Of a DNA stretch of 32,000 nt, positions 8,659 through 15,562 are shown one piece after another. The notes under the pieces were generated by a model. The model was not told the origin of the DNA, did not search any database, and was given only the letters and a program-made list of their open reading frames with translations. Position 1 is the stretch's first letter; the number at the start of each line of letters is the position of its first letter. The position numbers and the translations under genes were made by a program. Source of the DNA: Patescibacteria group bacterium. Its GTDB lineage: Bacteria; Patescibacteriota; Patescibacteriia; 2-01-FULL-39-33. The stretch is taken from NCBI GenBank assembly GCA_041662745.1, contig JBAZRV010000001.1, positions 1 to 32,000 on the forward strand, written 5' to 3'.

Positions 8659-10164
8659 TTAATAATCATCTCCGCCAGAATCTGGCGCACTCTCTTCAAC
8701 AATAGCTTCTGCCGGTTCGTCCATCGCGTTTAAATCATTCTCCGCTTCTCTTTCGCCATAATCATGTTTGAAACGCTTATGGGATAAAGCGGCCTTGGTT
8801 TCTTCCGTGTCTATTACCGCTACTCCCTCATCACTGTTATATCTCTCCAGCCGCTTAGTCAATTCAGTTTCAATCTTATTAAAATCAACAATCTCTTGCA
8901 CGCCGCCATTCATATCACGAAACATGATTGTGCCGTCACTGACTTCTTTCTGCCCCAAAATCAAACAATATTTAACTTTTAATCTGCCGGCCTGCTCCAG
9001 TTGCGCCTTCAAACCGTCCTTATAAAAAGCTTGGGACAATTTGAATTTATGACGCAATGCCTCGTATAAAACAATGGCTTTTTTCTTAGCGCTTTCGCCT
9101 AACTGGGCGATAAACACGTCGGGCTGGTAAGGTTCAGCCACATCCGGATTTTTTTCCCGCAATTTTGCTATTACGCGATCCATACCGATAGACAAGCCGC
9201 AAGCCGGAGTATTCTCTCGTCCGCCCATTAATTCTATCAAACCGTCATAACGCCCGCCACCCCCCAAGGCATTTTTACCGTCCGGATCATCAACCGACCA
9301 ATATTCAAAAATCGTTCGATTGTAATAATCCAAACCGCGTACAATCCAAGGATTGAGAACGTAGGGCAAATCAAGCTCGTCCAAATACTCCAAAACTTTC
9401 ATGAAATGTTTTTTGCATTCGTCATCCAAATAATCTAAAATTTGAGGCACGCCAGCCCTAAGTTCTTGGCAACCGGGATCTTTGCAATCAAGCAACCGCA
9501 AGGGATTCTTGGTTAAACGCGCTTCGCAACTCTCACATAAATTCTTGGCGTGCTGACGATAGTATTTTACCAAAGCCTTTTTATACTCTTCACGGCAAGC
9601 GGGACAGCCGATGGAATTAACTTGAATAGTCGCTTCTATGCCTAAATCATTAAGCAGATTATAGCCCATCAAAATCAGTTGGGAATCCAAAGCCGGACCA
9701 TCTTCTCCGATTGCCTCATAACCGGCCTGATAAAACTGACGGAAACGTCCTGATTGCGGTTTCTCATGGCGAAACATCGGACCGTAATAAAAAAACTTTA
9801 CCGGTTGAGGTTGATTCAATAAGCCATGTTGGATAAAAGCGCGCGCCACACTGGCCGTACCTTCTGGACGCAATACCAAATTGTCTCCGCCCTGATCAAT
9901 AAAGGAAAACATTTCCTTTTCTACGATATCGGTCTGCTTGCCAATACCCCTGGCAAAAACGTCGGTGTACTCTAAAATCGGCGTTTCAATTTTGCCATAA
10001 CCGTAATCGTTGGCGATTTTAGTGGCAACATTCTCCGCTAATTGCCAATATTTTTGATCCTGCGGCAAAACATCACGCATGCCGGTAACCGTGATAAATT
10101 CACGACCCCGTTTTTTTCTGGGTTTATCAACTGATTCTTTATCTGTTTTTTTAATTCTGGACAT
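8659..10164 (-). CDS. hisS: Histidine--tRNA ligase (class II), with a basic N-terminal and an acidic C-terminal extension
   Basis: GMRDVLPQD, LRPEGTASVARAF, YYGPMFRHEKPQSGRFRQFYQ and GGGGRYDGL motifs. Confidence 0.95.
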   Translation of the reverse strand: MSRIKKTDKESVDKPRKKRGREFITVTGMRDVLPQDQKYWQLAENVATKIANDYGYGKIETPILEYTDVFARGIGKQTDIVEKEMFSFIDQGGDNLVLRPEGTASVARAFIQHGLLNQPQPVKFFYYGPMFRHEKPQSGRFRQFYQAGYEAIGEDGPALDSQLILMGYNLLNDLGIEATIQVNSIGCPACREEYKKALVKYYRQHAKNLCESCEARLTKNPLRLLDCKDPGCQELRAGVPQILDYLDDECKKHFMKVLEYLDELDLPYVLNPWIVRGLDYYNRTIFEYWSVDDPDGKNALGGGGRYDGLIELMGGRENTPACGLSIGMDRVIAKLREKNPDVAEPYQPDVFIAQLGESAKKKAIVLYEALRHKFKLSQAFYKDGLKAQLEQAGRLKVKYCLILGQKEVSDGTIMFRDMNGGVQEIVDFNKIETELTKRLERYNSDEGVAVIDTEETKAALSHKRFKHDYGEREAENDLNAMDEPAEAIVEESAPDSGGDDY

Positions 10165-10213
10165 AATTTAAAAATTTTCAATTACCGATTAACACTCAAA
10201 ATAAAATTTCATT

Positions 10214-10813
10214 CTACTTATACTCTGGCGTGCTAAAAACGGTAAAACGGCTAAAAGGCCAACCACGAATCCAGGTTCGGCCGACAATCAAATCTTTCTT
10301 AACTAATCCAAAAATGCGAGAATCCAACGATTGTCCGCGATTGTCGCCCAACAGAAAGTATTCATCTTCGGCTAAAGTAACCTCGCCATAACCGCGCACC
10401 GGCAAAACCGTCTCTGTCCCTGCCAATAAATAAGATTCTTCTAATTTATTACCGTTAATATACACGGCATTGTCTTGAATTTTTACTTTGTCGCCGGGCA
10501 AACCGATAACGCGTTTAATGAAATACTGCTTAGTGTCTTTGGGATATTTGAAAACAACGATATCACCGCGTTGCGGTTCATTGAACCGGTAGCTTATTTC
10601 ATCAATAATTAGGTACTCATGGTCATAAAAATTCGGTTCCATGGATGCTCCTTTGACATAGAAAGGTTGAATTAAAAAATACCTGACCGGTAAAATAATG
10701 GCCAAAGAAATAATGGCCACCCTGACCATTTCCCAAATAAATTCGGAAATCGCCTGCCATCGAGAACGATTGAGATTAAAGCCGTCAGAAATCTGATAAT
10801 TATCCATAAACAC
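10214..10813 (-). CDS. lepB: Signal peptidase I
   Basis: N-terminal TM segment, catalytic Ser box GASMEPNF, Lys box IKRVIGLPGD, and GDNRGQSLDSR. The start may be the GTG at 10813 or the ATG at 10807. Confidence 0.9.
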   Translation of the reverse strand: MFMDNYQISDGFNLNRSRWQAISEFIWEMVRVAIISLAIILPVRYFLIQPFYVKGASMEPNFYDHEYLIIDEISYRFNEPQRGDIVVFKYPKDTKQYFIKRVIGLPGDKVKIQDNAVYINGNKLEESYLLAGTETVLPVRGYGEVTLAEDEYFLLGDNRGQSLDSRIFGLVKKDLIVGRTWIRGWPFSRFTVFSTPEYK

Positions 10814-10930
10814 TAAAAATCGACTAGAGATAAAACAATCGAGTTATCCCCAACTGCATTAATTATTATATTTTAATCATAACATAAAATCTTAGAATAA
10901 ATCAAGTTTAAAAAACTCTTTTTTCCACAA

Positions 10931-10959
10931 TTGATCAAATTAAAACAATATGTTATGAT
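10931..10959 (+). promoter_or_regulatory. Sigma70-type promoter for the LCP gene
   Basis: TTGATC, 17-nt spacer, TGtTATGAT (extended -10). Confidence 0.5.
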
Positions 10960-11072
10960 ATATGAAGATATTCAACTTTCAAAAAAATTAATAAACGGCT
11001 ATATTTAGCTACTTTCGTCTAATTCAATTGCTTTTAATTTTTTAAAAAATCTAAAAAGAACGGACCGAGATT

Positions 11073-12716
11073 ATGTCTGACCCTATCAGAGTCAATTTCA
11101 TCAATGATCCAATAATTCAAGAAAAACCGGCCATTACTGTCAAACAGCAAAAATCGCCAGACCCAGAAACAGCCGGACCAGCCGTGTCTGCTCCACGCAG
11201 GCGGCATTTTAGTTTTAAAAAGTTAATTATCAGCTTAACCATAGCAATAATTATAGTTTTTATTGTTTTTTCATCTTCTATCGCCTTCTCTAACGAGAAT
11301 TTAATCAAAAACTTATCTCAATTCAATTGGCTGAGTCAAGTCGGCAGTTTAATCACTTCTGCCGATCGTGAACTCAAAGGTGAAGGCGAGGATCGCATTA
11401 ATTTCGTTATTATGGGGATCGGCGGGGGCGACCATGAAGGAGCGGAACTGGCAGACACGATTATCCTGGCCAGTTATAAACCGTCCACCAAACAAATCGC
11501 CCTAATGTCTATCCCTCGGGATCTGTACGTCAAAAGTCCGGGGTATGGCTGGGTGAAAATCAACGGCATCCGTGCCATTGCCGATAAAAAGAAAGCCGGC
11601 AGCGGCGATGAAGCAATGCGACAAACTCTTTCCGATTTACTGGACATTGATATCCAATATTACGCCACGGTTGATTTTGACGGCTTTGAAAAACTGATCG
11701 ATGACTTTGGCGGCGTCGATGTGGATGTAGAGCGTGATCTCATAGATTATTCTTATCCTATTCGCGGTCGGGAAGATTCCTATCCGATCGAAAGCCGCTA
11801 TGAAAAATTAATCATAAAAAAGGGCCAACAACATATGGATGGCGCTTTAGCCCTTAAATACGCCCGCAGCCGCCACGCCTTGGGTACGGAAGGATCTGAT
11901 TTTGCCCGTTCCAAACGCCAGCAAAAGATTCTTTTGGCCCTGAAGGACAAGATTCTGGCGCCGGGCACCTTCTTTAACCCGCAAAAAATCAACGGTCTGC
12001 TGGAAATGTATAACGAAAACGTCCATACCAACCTTCAAGTTTGGGAAATCATGCGTCTGTTACAATTCGGCCGGGATATTGATTTTAACCAAGGCATTAT
12101 CACTTATAGCCTGGTTGATGGAACTGAACAATTTTTATACGATCAGATGGTCAGCGGCGCTTACGTGCTTTTGCCTTACGGCGGCAACTACGACAAAATA
12201 AAATTCATTTGGCAGAACATTTATCTGCCGGAAATCGGCAAGGACTTGCTGATTGATAAAACCAAATGGGCCGAATTCAAGGATGCAACTTCCACCAAGG
12301 CCACTACCACCTCGTCAACTGCCGCTACCATAAAAACCAACAACACGACCGACGACTCCGCGACCAAACCCATTGCCGCGCCGACGGAAACCGCTAAACT
12401 CTACCCCAATGATCCGACAACCCAAGGTGAATCAACCTATCAAAAAGAACAGGCGCGCATTGAAATATTAAACGGCACCATGATCACCGGCTGGGCCGGA
12501 CAAGAAGCTGGCAAGCTCAAAGCCAAAGGATTTAATGTGATAAACAGCGGCAATGCCGCCACCAAAGGGTATGCTTCAATAAAAATTTATGATTTAAGCG
12601 GCGGCAGATATCAGCTAACCACTTCAGAGTTGCAAATTATCTATGGCGTAGAAGCCATTGCCCCGCCGGCCGGCTTAAAATCATCAGCTGATATTGTTAT
12701 AATTTTAGGCAAATAA
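11073..12716 (+). CDS. LytR-CpsA-Psr (LCP) family cell-envelope phosphotransferase with a C-terminal LytR_C-like domain
   Basis: TM anchor, then INFVIMGIGGGD...ADTIILASY...MSIPRDLYV...VDFDGFEKLIDDFGGVDVDV...ALKYARSRH. C-terminal ARIEILNGTMITGWAG. Confidence 0.85.
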   Translation: MSDPIRVNFINDPIIQEKPAITVKQQKSPDPETAGPAVSAPRRRHFSFKKLIISLTIAIIIVFIVFSSSIAFSNENLIKNLSQFNWLSQVGSLITSADRELKGEGEDRINFVIMGIGGGDHEGAELADTIILASYKPSTKQIALMSIPRDLYVKSPGYGWVKINGIRAIADKKKAGSGDEAMRQTLSDLLDIDIQYYATVDFDGFEKLIDDFGGVDVDVERDLIDYSYPIRGREDSYPIESRYEKLIIKKGQQHMDGALALKYARSRHALGTEGSDFARSKRQQKILLALKDKILAPGTFFNPQKINGLLEMYNENVHTNLQVWEIMRLLQFGRDIDFNQGIITYSLVDGTEQFLYDQMVSGAYVLLPYGGNYDKIKFIWQNIYLPEIGKDLLIDKTKWAEFKDATSTKATTTSSTAATIKTNNTTDDSATKPIAAPTETAKLYPNDPTTQGESTYQKEQARIEILNGTMITGWAGQEAGKLKAKGFNVINSGNAATKGYASIKIYDLSGGRYQLTTSELQIIYGVEAIAPPAGLKSSADIVIILGK

Positions 12717-12725
12717 AAAAATAAT

Positions 12726-13325
12726 ATGAAAAAATTCGGTAAGCCAGAATTAGGTTATACTGGCGGACAAATCGAGGAGGAATTATTTGCAGAAGTAAAT
12801 CGGCCATTACGCCTGACATTTGAACAATGGTTGAAAAATCGTGATAAGTTTAGAATGTCCAAATCAGAAATGTTTAGACTCATTAAAGAAAACCAACCAG
12901 CAGCCCCAACCACTCCCGATACTGATTTTGCCTACGATACCCAATCGGAAATAGTAGAATTATTGCAAAAAGAAGAAGAATTTTCTGAGGTTGATTATAA
13001 TGATTTACTTTCTAGAGTTAAGTTTTTTACTGCTGTAAATTCTCCCTTGGATTACGGCTTAGGCATTGATGCTTTTTTTGAAATTTATTTGGACGATGAG
13101 CACTTTATAAGAATTACCCTGGATGCGGCCGGTTGGGAAAAAGGAGATTATAAAGCTGATATTTTAATTGTTTATCCTGAAGAAGGAATTGACCCCAAAG
13201 AAGACAAAAAGGACTGGAAAAAATTCATTCAAGATCAAGCCCAATTTATTGTGGAAAAATTTAAATCTAAATTAAAAAACCATGAAGTCGAAAGAACAAG
13301 AGGAAATATCAAAAAGGCTGTTTAA
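12726..13325 (+). CDS. Hypothetical protein (199 aa, acidic)
   Basis: ORF track only. It starts 9 nt after the LCP stop. I recognise no family. Confidence 0.55.
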   Translation: MKKFGKPELGYTGGQIEEELFAEVNRPLRLTFEQWLKNRDKFRMSKSEMFRLIKENQPAAPTTPDTDFAYDTQSEIVELLQKEEEFSEVDYNDLLSRVKFFTAVNSPLDYGLGIDAFFEIYLDDEHFIRITLDAAGWEKGDYKADILIVYPEEGIDPKEDKKDWKKFIQDQAQFIVEKFKSKLKNHEVERTRGNIKKAV

Positions 13326-13587
13326 CCAAATAAATAAAGCTGTTGCTGACGGAAACCATTGGCCTGATGTAAACATTATTAAAGAAGCATTATCAGGCGA
13401 CGCGATAATCGCGATATTTTGCCATGGTTGCGGATTTACTCAGGGATTGACTCAAGAAGGATTAAATATTATAGCCCAGGATACCGAGTTAAAATTGACA
13501 GAAAATAACAATGGAATTTTTATCGGAGTTGATCGCTGTAATTTATGTGATGATAATTTAGAAAATTTAAGGATTGAAAAATTATAA
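13282..13587 (+). CDS. Hypothetical small protein with a four-Cys (CHGC...CNLC) putative zinc-binding pattern
   Basis: ORF track. Overlaps the previous ORF by 44 nt. No clear SD. Followed directly by a terminator. Confidence 0.4.
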   Translation: MKSKEQEEISKRLFNQINKAVADGNHWPDVNIIKEALSGDAIIAIFCHGCGFTQGLTQEGLNIIAQDTELKLTENNNGIFIGVDRCNLCDDNLENLRIEKL

Positions 13588-13600
13588 CCTATTACCCAAT

Positions 13601-13633
13601 AAAAACAACCGCCAAATGGCGGTTGTTTTTATT
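13601..13633. terminator. Bidirectional rho-independent terminator between convergent genes
   Basis: AACAACCGCC-aaat-GGCGGTTGTT, a 10-bp stem flanked by an A-run and a T-run. Confidence 0.8.
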
Positions 13634-13640
13634 ATTATCT

Positions 13641-14429
13641 CTATCTTCTTTTATGATGCTTATGAGACGGCATTTTAGGCAATGCTTGCGACCCCAACCA
13701 GGCTAATTCAAACAAGGAAACGAAAGTTTCGTAAATATTTTTATCCTCAATAATCACGCCGTTTAATTTATCCTTCAGCGAGGCAATCCGGACCTTATTA
13801 TCAAAAAAAGCGATATCGCAATTAATCGGGAATCTATCAGCCGAAATTCTTAATCGTTCATCAAGCGGACTGGGATGAGCGCGATCCTCGCCTTCCTTTA
13901 AAGTAAATATGGCTTTAGTTTTTGTTTTGCTGGCTACTCGATCTTGGTAAGCTTTATTGACTTCTTCTGCCGAGTACACTTTGCGCAAATCATCCAACGA
14001 GAAAAAGGCGCGGATAAGCTGTGATTTGGAAGACATCTGCTCTTGCACCATCGTTCGCAAGCCTTCTTTGCCTTCAAAAAACCTAACCACCGGCTTATTC
14101 TCCTGCTTATTGTAAATCGCTCGCAATTGCGGCATCAAATCATTAATCATTTTTTGCTTTTCTTCTATCTCTGCCTTTTCTAATTCCAGCGCGCTAATAA
14201 TCATTTCCGGCGATTCGGCAATGTAGCGGACTTTTTTATCTTTGCCGGCATAAGTGCTGCATAAGCCTTTTTTGATCAAAGAATCCAAAATCACATAAGT
14301 GGTCGGCCGATTAACGCCGGCTTTTTTGGAAATATCCTGCACTGAAGCTTGGCCCAATTCCAAAGTAGCCAAATAAACTTTGGCTTCTTTGTCGGATAAA
14401 CCGATTTTTTTCAATTCATTTATAAACAT
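13641..14429 (-). CDS. TrmB-family transcriptional regulator
   Basis: N-terminal winged HTH LGLSDKEAKVYLATLELGQASVQDISKKAGVNRPTTYVILDSLIKKGL, plus a C-terminal TrmB-type sensor-like domain. Confidence 0.8.
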   Translation of the reverse strand: MFINELKKIGLSDKEAKVYLATLELGQASVQDISKKAGVNRPTTYVILDSLIKKGLCSTYAGKDKKVRYIAESPEMIISALELEKAEIEEKQKMINDLMPQLRAIYNKQENKPVVRFFEGKEGLRTMVQEQMSSKSQLIRAFFSLDDLRKVYSAEEVNKAYQDRVASKTKTKAIFTLKEGEDRAHPSPLDERLRISADRFPINCDIAFFDNKVRIASLKDKLNGVIIEDKNIYETFVSLFELAWLGSQALPKMPSHKHHKRR

Positions 14430-14471
14430 ATCTAGTATAATTAATGTCTATATTATTTTAGCTTAAATTCA

Positions 14472-14517
14472 TTTTTTAAAAAAGAGGGGGCGCTTCCGAA
14501 CTCGTCGGAGCGCCCCT
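14472..14517 (-). terminator. Rho-independent terminator ending the leftward accessory transcript
   Basis: Minus strand reads GGGGCGCTCCGA-cgagt-TCGGAAGCGCCCCC followed by TCTTTTTT. Confidence 0.8.
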
Positions 14518-14844
14518 TAGGTACCATTAATGTTCTTGTCTACTGACTGCTAGCCGGTTCTTATTATTGCCCCGGTAGGCAGTCATCGCACAGTCTTTTT
14601 TGACTTTTTTGACCCTTTTTGCGAGTCTTGAGCCTTCAGAGATTCAATCATTGTTTAGATCAACCGAGTCCGCCCATAGCTAAGCTACTCCTTTCTGATT
14701 CAGTGGTGTAACGGTTAGATAGCGATCACTCCAAGCCCCGACGCGCGCCAGATCCAGATTTGAACCGGAATCATGGCGCAGAGGGTGGGTGGAGTTATCC
14801 GCTACCCATAACCATCTCCTTTCTGCGGTTGTGGCTATTGCCGA
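14518..14844 (-). ncRNA. Structured ~330-nt 3' tail or ncRNA of the leftward small-gene transcript
   Basis: No ORF longer than 22 aa on the minus strand. Contains the tRNA-like minihelix (14745-14779), the hairpin GACTGC..CCGG/CCGG..GCAGTC (about 14541-14581), a duplicated CAGAAAGGAG..TATGGG..GCGGA motif and three A-tracts. Confidence 0.35.
14745..14779 (-). other. tRNA-like acceptor/T-arm minihelix (not a complete tRNA)
   Basis: Minus strand reads GCGCCA-t-GA-t-TCCGG-TTCAAAT-CTGGA-TC-TGGCGC. That is 13 bp closed by a canonical 7-nt T-loop sequence. One G-U pair would be an A-C mismatch on the plus strand. There is no D or anticodon arm and no CCA. Confidence 0.4.
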
Positions 14845-15072
14845 TTACTTCTTGTTAAACGCCGCCTTCATCATAAAAACAACCACCGCCACCACCAGTC
14901 CGAGCTGAATCGCCTGCATCGCCAATGGCCCCAATTCAGCAAAGAGTTGATTACAGGCATCAGCCAAGACTCCTGGAAACAAACGGACAAACACCAGCGA
15001 AGTGCCAATACCTGCCAATGTTCCCAGAAACCGTTGCGGCGTGCCAAAGAAAAAACGCAAATAGCTATTCAT
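14845..15072 (-). CDS. Small (75 aa) hydrophobic membrane protein
   Basis: Internal ATG at 15072 within track ORF 14845-15171, preceded by GGGGGGAA, with its start 1 nt after the upstream TAA stop (15074-15076). Sequence MNSYLRFFFGTPQRFLGTLAGIGTSLVFVRLF...LGLVVAVVVFMMKAAFNKK, with two predicted TM segments. Confidence 0.5.
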   Translation of the reverse strand: MNSYLRFFFGTPQRFLGTLAGIGTSLVFVRLFPGVLADACNQLFAELGPLAMQAIQLGLVVAVVVFMMKAAFNKK

Positions 15073-15073
15073 T

Positions 15074-15253
15074 TTATTCCCCCCGTTGCTTTTCCACCGC
15101 GCGTTTGTCGCGTTGGCGGTCGTATCCCTTCTTGCCCAGTTTACTGCCATGGACACCGCCGGTTTTGACAATCGTCGGCCCGCGCTGTTTCAAAAGCAAC
15201 TCCATCGGTTTAATAACCCCAACTAAAATAGTTCCTTTTTTGCTGTGACTCAT
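15074..15253 (-). CDS. Small (59 aa) basic protein
   Basis: Below the track cutoff, translated by hand: MSHSKKGTILVGVIKPMELLLKQRGPTIVKTGGVHGSKLGKKGYDRQRDKRAVEKQRGE. Strong SD AAAAGGAGAG 4 nt before the ATG. Confidence 0.5.
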   Translation of the reverse strand: MSHSKKGTILVGVIKPMELLLKQRGPTIVKTGGVHGSKLGKKGYDRQRDKRAVEKQRGE

Positions 15254-15319
15254 AATTCTCTCCTTTTAAAGTTCTTTAGCTTCTAGTCAGCCCTATACTG
15301 ACTTTTAGCTTGATATATC

Positions 15320-15348
15320 AGTATATCACATAGTATAAATTTTGTCAA
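15320..15348 (-). promoter_or_regulatory. Near-consensus sigma70 promoter (leftward)
   Basis: Minus strand TTGACA, 17 nt, TGtGaTATACT. Confidence 0.65.
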
Positions 15349-15434
15349 CAGCAATTAACAAAAACTTATCCACAGCCCCTATTTAAAACCAAGAAAAAAC
15401 GAATGATTAACAGCTTAAAAGTGTTTTTGATACG

Positions 15435-15460
15435 ATTATGTCAGCTTTAACTGACATAAT
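15435..15460. promoter_or_regulatory. Perfect inverted repeat (10-bp arms, 6-bp spacer) between the divergent promoters
   Basis: ATTATGTCAG-ctttaa-CTGACATAAT. Confidence 0.55.
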
Positions 15461-15468
15461 TATAATAG

Positions 15469-15498
15469 AATATTTTATCTAAATTTAGATAAAATATT
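15469..15498. promoter_or_regulatory. Perfect 30-bp palindrome between the divergent promoters (candidate operator)
   Basis: AATATTTTATCTAAA/TTTAGATAAAATATT, ending 30 bp upstream of the -35 of the rightward promoter. Confidence 0.55.
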
Positions 15499-15528
15499 AA
15501 TAAAAAAATAAATTATTTATAATAACCA

Positions 15529-15557
15529 TTGACAAAATAATTTTAGTGTGATACAAT
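15529..15557 (+). promoter_or_regulatory. Near-consensus sigma70 promoter (rightward) driving the large RNA
   Basis: TTGACA, 17 nt, TGaTACAAT. Its first 10 nt, TTGACAAAAT, are identical to the leftward promoter and to the promoter at 27146-27174. Confidence 0.65.
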
Positions 15558-15562
15558 GATTT

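Noticed and set aside
14700-14800. Possible tRNA or tmRNA gene (T-loop GGTTCAAATC on the minus strand, a D-loop-like GTGGTGTAACGGTTAG on the plus strand, and GGGGCTTGGAG after the minihelix as in a permuted tmRNA)
   Set aside because: No cloverleaf can be built on either strand. The two tRNA-like pieces are on opposite strands. There is no CCA, no G3-U70 acceptor and no tag reading frame ending in a typical degron. I keep it only as a tRNA-like minihelix.
15073-15171. Upstream 33 codons of track ORF 14845-15171
   Set aside because: This part overlaps the better-supported 59-aa ORF, which has a strong SD, in another frame. The internal ATG at 15072 has its own G-rich SD and begins 1 nt after the upstream stop.
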